Positions 1 to 6,984 of a DNA stretch of 48,107 nt are shown in pieces; the stretch's first letter is position 1; each line of letters starts with the position of its first letter. The translations under genes and the position numbers were made by a program. The notes beneath the pieces are model-generated. The model saw only the letters and a program-made list of their open reading frames with translations. It did no database searches and had not been told where the DNA came from. The stretch is from a bacterium. Lineage in GTDB: Bacteria; J088; JAWLBW01. Location: positions 124,001 to 172,107 of the forward strand of contig JAWLHK010000009.1 of NCBI GenBank assembly GCA_041690355.1, read 5' to 3'.

Positions 1-339
1 GGCGACGCCGACTTCGACGCCCCCCTTGCTGCGGACCACCACATGCCCCTTGCCGGGCGCGTTCGAGTAGTTGGCCGGGCGCAGCAGGCGCGGTTCAGAC
101 TCGATATAGGAGATGATGTCCTTCTTGTCCCAGGAGTGATTGCCTCCGGTGACGACGTCGGCGCCGGCGGCAAAGAGCTCCTTGCAGGTCTCTTCGGTGA
201 ACCCGAACCCCCCCGCGACGTTTTCGCCGTTGACGACCGTGAAATCGACCCTCTCCCGCTGGATGAGACCCGGTAGCAAATGGCGCACGGCCTTGCGGCC
301 GGGTTCGCCCATGACGTCGCCGATACAGAGAATACGCAT
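1..339 (-). CDS. ymdB: YmdB/TIGR00282-family metallophosphoesterase (N-terminal part; runs off the window edge)
   Basis: Manual translation (not in ORF track): MRILCIGDVMGEPGRKAV...VNGENVAGGFG...VTGGNHSWDKK...LLRPANY. The GD, NGEN, GNH and RPANY motifs are typical of YmdB. Confidence 0.92.
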   Translation of the reverse strand, partial: MRILCIGDVMGEPGRKAVRHLLPGLIQRERVDFTVVNGENVAGGFGFTEETCKELFAAGADVVTGGNHSWDKKDIISYIESEPRLLRPANYSNAPGKGHVVVRSKGGVEVGVA

Positions 340-349
340 AGAACCATTC

Positions 350-378
350 AGAGTAACGGTGGCGGCAGCAGGTTTCAA
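350..378 (-). promoter_or_regulatory. Putative sigma70 promoter of ymdB
   Basis: TTGAAA-N17-TACTCT on the minus strand, ending 10 nt before the ATG. Confidence 0.55.
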
Positions 379-441
379 GCGGAATGCGGGCTGGGATAAG
401 GGCGGATTCCGTCCGGCCCGGGCCCCGTTGCAGTCAGAGGT

Positions 442-1347
442 TCAGGCGGCCGTGCGCCGCTGCCGGTCGAGCCGCTCGAGCAGGAAATCGACAAGATGGC
501 CCGCCACGTCGAAACCGGTCGCCTTTTCGAGACCGAGAAAACTCGGGGCGCCGTTCACCTCGAGCACCTTCCATCCATTGGCGCCGCGAATCAGATCGAC
601 CCCCGAATAGTCGAGGCCGACGGCCCGGACGGCCGAGACAGCAAGGTTCTCCATCTCGGCGGTGAGCTCGACCGGATCGGGGATGCCCCCCTGCGCCAGG
701 TTTGTGCGCCATTCGCCTTCGACGGCCATGCGCGTGCAGCCGGCCACGGTGCGGTCTCCGACGACGAAAGCCCGCACGTCACGCCCGCCGCCCGGCACGA
801 ACTCCTGCAGCAGTACGGCGCCGTACTCGACCAGGAAATCGGCGATGACCGGGCGTATGCCGGGTGAATCCTTCCAAAGCTCGACCCCCTCGCCCATCGA
901 GCCGTACAGCGGCTTCGCCACGACCATGCCCTCGCGCCGCACGATCTCTTCGGCGCTCTGCAGATCGGCCACGACCCAGGTCGCCGGCGTAGGCACCCGG
1001 GCGCAGCGCAGCCGGGCCGCCACCGCCAGCTTGTCAAGCGCGAGCAGCATGGGCTCGACCCGGTTGATGACGACACACAGCAGCGTCTGCCACTCGCGCA
1101 GCACCTGGATCTGATAGTCGAAAGGGATGCGCGGATTGACGCGCCGGAAGAGGGCGGCCTCGAAGGGGGGGAGGGCAACCCCGCGGCGCCGGATGCGAAT
1201 CCGCTCGCGTTGCAGGTCGACCCCGAGCTCGCCGGCGTCGACGACCTCCATGCGTGCCCGTCCGCGCGCGGCCGCGAGCAGGCGCTCGGTGTGGCGGGAT
1301 GCGCCGCTGCTCACGAGAGCAATCCAGGGATGGGTTGCAGCAGGCAT
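442..1347 (-). CDS. RimK/LysX-family ATP-grasp alpha-L-glutamate ligase
   Basis: Motifs DKL, VPTPAT, VAKPLYGSMGEGV, LLQEFV, DVRAFVVG, EWRTNLAQGG, GVDLI, LEVNGAP. Confidence 0.88.
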   Translation of the reverse strand: MPAATHPWIALVSSGASRHTERLLAAARGRARMEVVDAGELGVDLQRERIRIRRRGVALPPFEAALFRRVNPRIPFDYQIQVLREWQTLLCVVINRVEPMLLALDKLAVAARLRCARVPTPATWVVADLQSAEEIVRREGMVVAKPLYGSMGEGVELWKDSPGIRPVIADFLVEYGAVLLQEFVPGGGRDVRAFVVGDRTVAGCTRMAVEGEWRTNLAQGGIPDPVELTAEMENLAVSAVRAVGLDYSGVDLIRGANGWKVLEVNGAPSFLGLEKATGFDVAGHLVDFLLERLDRQRRTAA

Positions 1348-1366
1348 GGAATCTCGGTCAGAGGTG

Positions 1367-1401
1367 AAAAGGCCGGAGGCCGGACGAATCCGGCCTCCGG
1401 C
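1367..1401 (-). terminator. Intrinsic terminator after the KGG peptide genes
   Basis: Minus strand GCCGGAGGCCGGA-TTCG-TCCGGCCTCCGGC-CTTTT: 13-bp stem, UUCG loop, short U tract. Confidence 0.75.
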
Positions 1402-1409
1402 AGTACGCC

Positions 1410-1577
1410 TTACTCTTCGCTCATGCGCTTGCCGCGCTCGATGAGTTCGGCAACCTTGCGGCCACCCTTGCGGCCGATTTCTTCGAAGTGCTCGTGGCTG
1501 TACTTGCTGGCGACGGTTTCGCCGCCCTTGCGACCAGCTTCCTGAACCGTCATGGCTCCTTTGCTAGACTTCGCCAT
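1410..1577 (-). CDS. KGG-motif general stress peptide 3 (55 aa; GsiB/YciG/Em-like)
   Basis: Not in ORF track. MAKSSKGAMTVQEAGRKGGETVASKYSHEHFEEIGRKGGRKVAELIERGKRMSEE*, with SD GAAGGAG; clear paralog of its two neighbours. Confidence 0.9.
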   Translation of the reverse strand: MAKSSKGAMTVQEAGRKGGETVASKYSHEHFEEIGRKGGRKVAELIERGKRMSEE

Positions 1578-1650
1578 TTCTGTCTCCTTCTGGTTGTCTC
1601 CCGTTCACAGTCCGGCCGCGGCTTGCGCCCCGGCCGCTTCTGGGCATTTT

Positions 1651-1857
1651 TTACTTGGCGCTCGCGCGCTTGCCCCGTTCAATAAGCTCGGCGACCTTGC
1701 GACCGCCCTTGCGGCCGATTTCTTCAAAGTGTTCGTGGCCGTACTTCTGGGCAACGATGCGGCCGCCCTTGACGCCCCCGCGGCGTCCCGCTTCGGCCAC
1801 CGTCATCTGCCCCTTGCTTTCGGTCGTCGTTGTCGTCGTTCGCGTCGACTTCGCCAT
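1651..1857 (-). CDS. KGG-motif general stress peptide 2 (68 aa)
   Basis: MAKSTRTTTTTTESKGQMTVAEAGRRGG...HEHFEEIGRKGGRKVAELIERGK; SD GGAGG precedes ATG 1857. Confidence 0.9.
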   Translation of the reverse strand: MAKSTRTTTTTTESKGQMTVAEAGRRGGVKGGRIVAQKYGHEHFEEIGRKGGRKVAELIERGKRASAK

Positions 1858-1887
1858 AGCATCCCTCCAGTTCACATTCACAGTTGA

Positions 1888-2109
1888 TTAGCGCGAAGAC
1901 TGCTTGCCCTTCTCAATGAGATCGGCAACCTTTCTCCCGCCTTTGCGGCCGATTTCCTCGAAATGCTCATGACCATATTTTCCGGCGACCGATTCGCCAC
2001 CCTTCTGGCCGATCTTTTCGTAGAAATCCGGTCCGTACTTCTCGGAGACGGTCTCGCCACCCTTGCGGCCTGCTTCTCCGACCGTCATCTTGCCTTTGTT
2101 CTCAGCCAT
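1888..2109 (-). CDS. KGG-motif general stress peptide 1 (73 aa, three KGG repeats)
   Basis: MAENKGKMTVGEAGRKGG...FYEKIGQKGG...HFEEIGRKGG; SD AGGAGG precedes ATG 2109. Confidence 0.9.
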   Translation of the reverse strand: MAENKGKMTVGEAGRKGGETVSEKYGPDFYEKIGQKGGESVAGKYGHEHFEEIGRKGGRKVADLIEKGKQSSR

Positions 2110-2407
2110 GGGACCAACCTCCTGCCACGGATCTAAGCATCTCCCCGAATTCCCGACCAGCATGGGCCCCCGCCCAGCGGGCTCTCACGGGATCTGCCAT
2201 CCGGCGTCGCGCGTCATACCGCATCCGCGTTTCGTCGGCCCGACGACTCATGTCGGCTGACGCCTCCCCGTGTTTCTCGTTCATGCTCATCCCGGCCATT
2301 CATCCTACTTTCTTTCACTCTGCGCCATCGGACCGCGGATTGCGTTCGCGACCCCCCGCACGGCGCGGCCCGTCTTGCCGGGAGCCCGCACAGTGAGCCC
2401 TGATCCC

Positions 2408-2435
2408 TTAGACAACGGTTTGAAAAAATGGTTCC
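2408..2435 (-). promoter_or_regulatory. Putative ECF (RpoE/AlgU-like) sigma promoter for the KGG operon
   Basis: GGAACC-N16-GTCTAA on the minus strand in an AT-rich patch, oriented toward the KGG genes. Confidence 0.6.
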
Positions 2436-2601
2436 CGGCAAGTGCGCAGGTTGGTGCGACCGCTGGAATTCCCGGAGCGAAAAGGATCCCGGTGAAACGG
2501 GTGTAGAAGAAGTCAACCCCGCCGGACGCACGCATCCGCATCCCCCTTGCCAGCCAGAGCGAAACGGATGGGGGCAGAGAACAGAACGCGGCGGACGGGA
2601 A

Positions 2602-3411
2602 TCAGATCCGGACGTCGGGAGAGAGGCCGAAGAGACCGCGCGCGTTACGCGTCGTGGCGGCCGCGAGGCGGGCAGGCTCGACACCGCGCTCGCCGGCGAT
2701 GTGCTCGAGCACGTAGCGAACCCAGGCCGGCTCGTTGCGTTTGCCGCGATAGGGCACTGGGGTCAGAAACGGGCTGTCGGTCTCGACCAGCAGCCTGTCT
2801 TCGGGAATCATGCGCGCGCTCGCCTGCACGTTCGTGGCGTTCTTGAAGGTCACGATACCCGGAATGGAAAGAAAGAAACCGAGCGCCAGAAACCGTTCGG
2901 CATCTTCGGGGAGTCCCGTGAACGAGTGGATGACGCCGCGAAGCGCACCCCCGCCCTCTTCGCGCAGGATCCGCTCGGTGTCTTCATGCGCGTCGCGATT
3001 GTGAATGACGACGGGCAGGCCGAGACGCAGGGCGAGCCGGATCATGCGCCGGAAGGTCTGCTGCTGAACCTCGGGGTCGGAATTCTTGTAGTAATAGTCG
3101 AGGCCGATTTCGCCCACGGCGACGACATGCTCGTCGGCAGCCATTTCGACGAGCTGCGCCTCGATGGCCTCGGACCATTGGTCAGCCTCGTGCGGGTGCA
3201 AGCCGACCGTGCTGAAGACGCCCCGGTGGGCGCGGGCCACCGCCAGTGATTGCGCGTTGCTCTCGAACCCGTAGCCCGAGCCGATGTTCACCACCTGCAC
3301 GACGCCGTTTTCGCGGCAGCGTTCGAGGCAGGCCTCCCGATCGGCGTCGTACTTGGCGTCGTTCAGGTGGGCGTGAGTATCAATGATTTCGGGGCGAGCG
3401 TCGGCAGGCAT
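2602..3411 (-). CDS. tatD: TatD-family hydrolase/nuclease
   Basis: Motifs DTHAHL, GLHPH, GEIGLDY, HNRDAH, IHSF, ETDSPFL. Confidence 0.93.
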   Translation of the reverse strand: MPADARPEIIDTHAHLNDAKYDADREACLERCRENGVVQVVNIGSGYGFESNAQSLAVARAHRGVFSTVGLHPHEADQWSEAIEAQLVEMAADEHVVAVGEIGLDYYYKNSDPEVQQQTFRRMIRLALRLGLPVVIHNRDAHEDTERILREEGGGALRGVIHSFTGLPEDAERFLALGFFLSIPGIVTFKNATNVQASARMIPEDRLLVETDSPFLTPVPYRGKRNEPAWVRYVLEHIAGERGVEPARLAAATTRNARGLFGLSPDVRI

Positions 3412-3449
3412 CCCGACATTTTACCCGCGCCGCGCCCCCGAGGCCACCG

Positions 3450-3474
3450 CACTCGTCACTCGCCACTCGTCACT
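3450..3474 (-). repeat. Heptamer (GAGTGAC-like) tandem repeat, left copy
   Basis: Plus strand CACTCGTCACTCGCCACTCGTCACT; its reverse complement is 24/25 identical to 6596-6620. Confidence 0.85.
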
Positions 3475-4303
3475 TCTTTACGAGTGGCTTGCCGGGCTCA
3501 TAGGCGACCAGTTCGCCATAGACCTTGCCGATGACGACGCCCGACTCGATGCGCAGCGGCACGTGGGCGGGGTCTTTCGAAACCCAGAGGATCGGATCCT
3601 TCAGCTTGCGCTTGCGATCCTCTTCGGGATAGGTCAGATTCTCGGTCGACGGGCGGATGCGCCAGGCGTCGAAGGTTCCGGCGCGCACACGGACCTTCTC
3701 GCTCCCCTCGACCACGAAGGTGACGCGGAAATAGGAGCGTCCGTCATAAACGCGGTACCGGTAGGTTCCCCCGTCTTCGAGCGGCATGCTGCGCGCCAGA
3801 TAGGCCATCGAGATCGGGTCCCAGGCCGCCTCGCGCTCGACGTCGACCTTGACCTGGTGCGTTCCGTGCCGGCGCCGCCCTTCGAAGCGCGCGCCGTCGG
3901 AGAGCAGCATCGTCTCGCGCTCGGTACCCTTCTCGACCATGCTGCGCCGGTAGAGGCGCGGCTCGAGCGTCTCGGCGTCGATGACCGAGTCGAAGGTGTC
4001 GCGCAGCGAATAGATGAGGCGCAGCTCGGGGCGGCTTTCGATGAGCCCCCGGTAGCGGTAATGACGCCGCCCGCGGATCTCCTCTTCCGAGGTGTGCATG
4101 ACCATCGTCCCGGCCGGCAGCCCGTTCCAGCCGAACTCCATGCGCAGCGTCTCGCCGGCTCCGAAGGCCAGCGTCCGGATCTCGGCGACCGGATCAATCA
4201 GCGCCTGCAGCCGCGCCGGTACCGAAGCCTGTACGACGTCCTCCCCGCGGGCAACTACCGCCAGCGCAAGCGCCGCGAGGCCCACCATCACCCTGTACGA
4301 CAT
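3470..4303 (-). CDS. Secreted DUF3108-family protein
   Basis: N-terminal signal peptide; FGAGETLRMEFGW, DPISMAYLAR, VRAGTFDAW and LWVSKDPAHVPLRI patterns. Confidence 0.75.
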   Translation of the reverse strand: MSYRVMVGLAALALAVVARGEDVVQASVPARLQALIDPVAEIRTLAFGAGETLRMEFGWNGLPAGTMVMHTSEEEIRGRRHYRYRGLIESRPELRLIYSLRDTFDSVIDAETLEPRLYRRSMVEKGTERETMLLSDGARFEGRRRHGTHQVKVDVEREAAWDPISMAYLARSMPLEDGGTYRYRVYDGRSYFRVTFVVEGSEKVRVRAGTFDAWRIRPSTENLTYPEEDRKRKLKDPILWVSKDPAHVPLRIESGVVIGKVYGELVAYEPGKPLVKK

Positions 4304-4314
4304 AGTTCTCCGAT

Positions 4315-5388
4315 CTATGGCTGTTCAGACTCGGGGCGCGCCGCGAGATCGACGGCGCCCGCTTCGCGAACCAGGCGTTCGCGCGGGTCCCCTTCGGACC
4401 AGGTTTTCAGATAGCGCACGAAGTCGCGCAAGGGTTCGCCGCGCTTTCGGAAAAGCCGGTCGAAGTACGCGAGGTCTCCGTAATAGGCACTGCGCGCCAG
4501 CAGCGACGCATTGTTCCACTCGCCTTCGATGAAGCGCGCGTATCTGCCGGGCCGGTTGAACCGGGCGAGTTCCCGGCGAAAGCGATTCTTCTCAGCGGCC
4601 AGCCACTCGGCCTTCGCCCGCAATTTCTCTTCGCGGGAAACGGGCCGGGCGTAAATCTCGCGCAGCCCGTCGAGCACCTCGCCGATAAACCGTGAAAAGC
4701 GCTGTTCGTCTTCTGCATCCCCCTCAGCCTGGCGCACCGAGGCCGAACCGGGCCCGAACTGCGCCGCCAGAAACGCCACCGCCCCCTTGTGGCCGACGAA
4801 GGTGGCGGCCGTCTCGTTGAAATTCGTGTGGTCGGGAAAGTACAGGGTCGCGTGCGTCATCTCGTGCAGCACGGTCTCGATGAGATCGGCGTCGGACATC
4901 CCGAGCATGGACGACAGGATCGGATCCTCGAACCAGCCGAGCGTACTGAAGGCGCTTGCCGGCCGCAGAAACACATCGAAACCCTCGGCCGCCAGGGCAT
5001 CGCGCTCACGCGCGGCGCGGTGCTCGCTGAAGAACCCCTTGTATGGCACCGAGCCGACGATGGGAAAACGCCACCGGTACGGGTCGAGCGAATCGGGCGG
5101 GGCCGCCGACAGCACGAGCGTTGCGTACGGCCGGTCGAGCTGGACGAAGGTGTCATAGGTGTGCCCCCCGCCCAGCCCCAGCTGTTCGACCCCGAAGGCC
5201 TTGACCACCGGCACGAGGGCCAGCTGACGCCGCTCTTCTTCGGGGAGCCGCGCATCGGCGATGGCGTCGGCCAGCGGCCGGCGTGACAGCAGGATGTCGA
5301 GCTGGCCCATGCTGACGTGCCAGAGATACCCGGTGCTGCCGCACGCCGTCTGCCCAAGCAGGAAAACAAGCAGGAGGATACGCCGCAT
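4315..5388 (-). CDS. Putative zinc aminopeptidase lipoprotein (DUF2265-type)
   Basis: Lipobox-like QTAC; WRFPIVGSVPYKGFF, AFSTLGWFEDP, HEMTH (HExxH), FNETAATFVG. Confidence 0.85.
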   Translation of the reverse strand: MRRILLLVFLLGQTACGSTGYLWHVSMGQLDILLSRRPLADAIADARLPEEERRQLALVPVVKAFGVEQLGLGGGHTYDTFVQLDRPYATLVLSAAPPDSLDPYRWRFPIVGSVPYKGFFSEHRAARERDALAAEGFDVFLRPASAFSTLGWFEDPILSSMLGMSDADLIETVLHEMTHATLYFPDHTNFNETAATFVGHKGAVAFLAAQFGPGSASVRQAEGDAEDEQRFSRFIGEVLDGLREIYARPVSREEKLRAKAEWLAAEKNRFRRELARFNRPGRYARFIEGEWNNASLLARSAYYGDLAYFDRLFRKRGEPLRDFVRYLKTWSEGDPRERLVREAGAVDLAARPESEQP

Positions 5389-5574
5389 AGGCCAACATCA
5401 AAACAGACCCGCATCGCCGCCGCAAGTTTGCCGGGCGATACGAAAACCCGCCGGAGCCCCCGGATACAGGGGACTCTGCCGCCCCGGGGCCGAATTCGCG
5501 GGCCGACGAACCGTGGACGGCGGGCACCGTCTGTGCTAGCGTGATCGCCGAACGGATCGTCTCCTGGAGCGCTC

Positions 5575-6591
5575 ATGATGGACCTGCGTACCCAAACGGA
5601 ACTCACGCTGTGGCAGCCCGGAAGTCATCGCCGCAAGGGGCACCTCGAAAGCTATTTCCTGCGCCTGAACGACCCGGGGCAGAACCTGGCCCTGTGGCTC
5701 AAGTGGACCGTCTACGCGCCCATCGGCCCCGAAGACCGTACCGTGGTCGAAACCTGGGGGATCTTTTTTGACGGGGCCGACGCCTCACGTTCGAAGGGAT
5801 GGAAAGAGGTGGCCCCCATCGAAGGGGCCGAGTTCGCACGCGATCGGTTTCACGTGCGCTTCGGCCCGTCGGTGCTCGAAGAGGGGCATACGACCGGCCT
5901 GCTCAAGGGCGAAGCCGGGACGCTGACCTGGGACCTGTCGTTCACGCCGGGCGAAGAGCCGCTCATCCCCTTTCCCATGCCGTGGATGTACACCGGCAAA
6001 TTCCCCAAATCGAAGACCAAGACGCCACATCCCGCTTCGCGCTTCAGCGGCACCTTCACCATTGACGATCGCACCTATACGGTTTCGAACGTGCCGGGCA
6101 TGCAGGGGCACAACTGGGGCACCGAGCACTCCTATCTTTACTCCTGGGGACACTGCAGCGCCTTCGAGGACCACGGCGACGACACGTGGTTCGAAGGATT
6201 CTCGTCGCGGCTCAAGATCGGCCCGTGGGTCACGCCGTACCTGAGCATGGGGTTTCTTTCGCTGCGGGGCGAGCGGTACGCCTTCAACTCCGTCGGCAGC
6301 CTGCTCCGGTCAGAGGTCGAGTCGGGCACGACCTGGTGGAACTTCACGATTCCCGGTCGCGACCACTCGCTTCGCGGTCGCGTTCAGGCGCCGAAAGAGC
6401 GTTTCCTGGGCCTCCACTACTACAATCCCGACGGGGCCGTGCGATACTGCCTGAACAGCAAGATGGCCGACGGGCAGATTGAGCTGCTCGACCGCAGCGG
6501 CGCCGTGCTGGCCACCCTCGTGAGCAAGGGTACCTTTGCGCTGGAGAATCTGGTGCACGACCCGAGCCACGGGGTGCGCATGGTCGCGTGA
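5575..6591 (+). CDS. Tocopherol-cyclase/AttH-like beta-barrel protein
   Basis: ESYFLR, WDLSF and GMQGHNWG..H...YSWGHC resemble the tocopherol cyclase-like fold; substrate unknown. SD GGAG upstream. Confidence 0.55.
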   Translation: MMDLRTQTELTLWQPGSHRRKGHLESYFLRLNDPGQNLALWLKWTVYAPIGPEDRTVVETWGIFFDGADASRSKGWKEVAPIEGAEFARDRFHVRFGPSVLEEGHTTGLLKGEAGTLTWDLSFTPGEEPLIPFPMPWMYTGKFPKSKTKTPHPASRFSGTFTIDDRTYTVSNVPGMQGHNWGTEHSYLYSWGHCSAFEDHGDDTWFEGFSSRLKIGPWVTPYLSMGFLSLRGERYAFNSVGSLLRSEVESGTTWWNFTIPGRDHSLRGRVQAPKERFLGLHYYNPDGAVRYCLNSKMADGQIELLDRSGAVLATLVSKGTFALENLVHDPSHGVRMVA

Positions 6592-6595
6592 ATCC

Positions 6596-6623
6596 AGTGA
6601 CGAGTAGCGAGTGACGAGTGACG
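6596..6623 (+). repeat. Heptamer (GAGTGAC-like) tandem repeat, right copy
   Basis: AGTGACGAGTAGCGAGTGACGAGTGACG just after the stop codon at 6591. Confidence 0.85.
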
Positions 6624-6674
6624 AATGTCACCCGTTCGAGCCGGGCTGACGGAACAAAGAACCGCCTCTGGCGC

Positions 6675-6703
6675 TTGACGCGCTTTGCTCTGCGGGCTAC
6701 CCT
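6675..6703 (+). promoter_or_regulatory. Putative sigma70 promoter of the leu leader/leuA
   Basis: TTGACG-N17-TACCCT, just upstream of the leader-peptide SD. Confidence 0.6.
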
Positions 6704-6725
6704 GAGATCGACTCAGGAGGGTTCC

Positions 6726-6806
6726 ATGTTCAACCGCAGCCACATTCCCGCGACCACCTTCGCCTCGCTGCCGGCGTTCCTCCTCCTCCTTAGCCGCCCC
6801 TGGTAA
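6726..6806 (+). CDS. leuL: Leucine leader (attenuator) peptide, 26 aa
   Basis: SD AGGAGG; MFNRSHIPATTFASLPAFLLLLSRPW* with four consecutive Leu codons (CTC CTC CTC CTT), upstream of leuA. Confidence 0.82.
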   Translation: MFNRSHIPATTFASLPAFLLLLSRPW

Positions 6807-6978
6807 CAGGCGCTTCCGGCGGCTTCGGACTCTCGATTCCCTTCCGAACAATCAGTCGACCGTGAAGCAGGCGCGCCGCGCGCACCTGTGACCAGGGGCT
6901 CCCCAAGCGGAAACGATGCACCCGCCGTGCTTTCGCGCGGCCGACGTCCGTCTTTCTTTCCCCATTTCTGCTGAGGAG
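6786..6978 (+). promoter_or_regulatory. LEU-element-like translational attenuator
   Basis: CTCCTTAGC (6786-6794) can pair with GCTGAGGAG (6970-6978, the leuA SD); nested helix 6797-6810/6885-6898 (13 of 14 bp). Confidence 0.6.
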
Positions 6979-6984
6979 ATTTCC

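Noticed and set aside
340-441. 6S RNA upstream of ymdB (GAACC...GGTTC)
   Set aside because: The gap is only about 100 nt, no long rod structure is evident, and the region is explained by a promoter.
442-2109. Graspetide (microviridin-like) RiPP cluster
   Set aside because: The ligase has RimK/LysX motifs (WRTNLAQGG, LEVN), the peptides are recognisable KGG hydrophilins without a leader/core layout, and no peptidase-transporter is adjacent. Kept only as a minor alternative.
2102-2299. 65-aa ORF upstream of KGG peptide 1
   Set aside because: No recognisable motif and ambiguous start; not called as a CDS, although it cannot be excluded.
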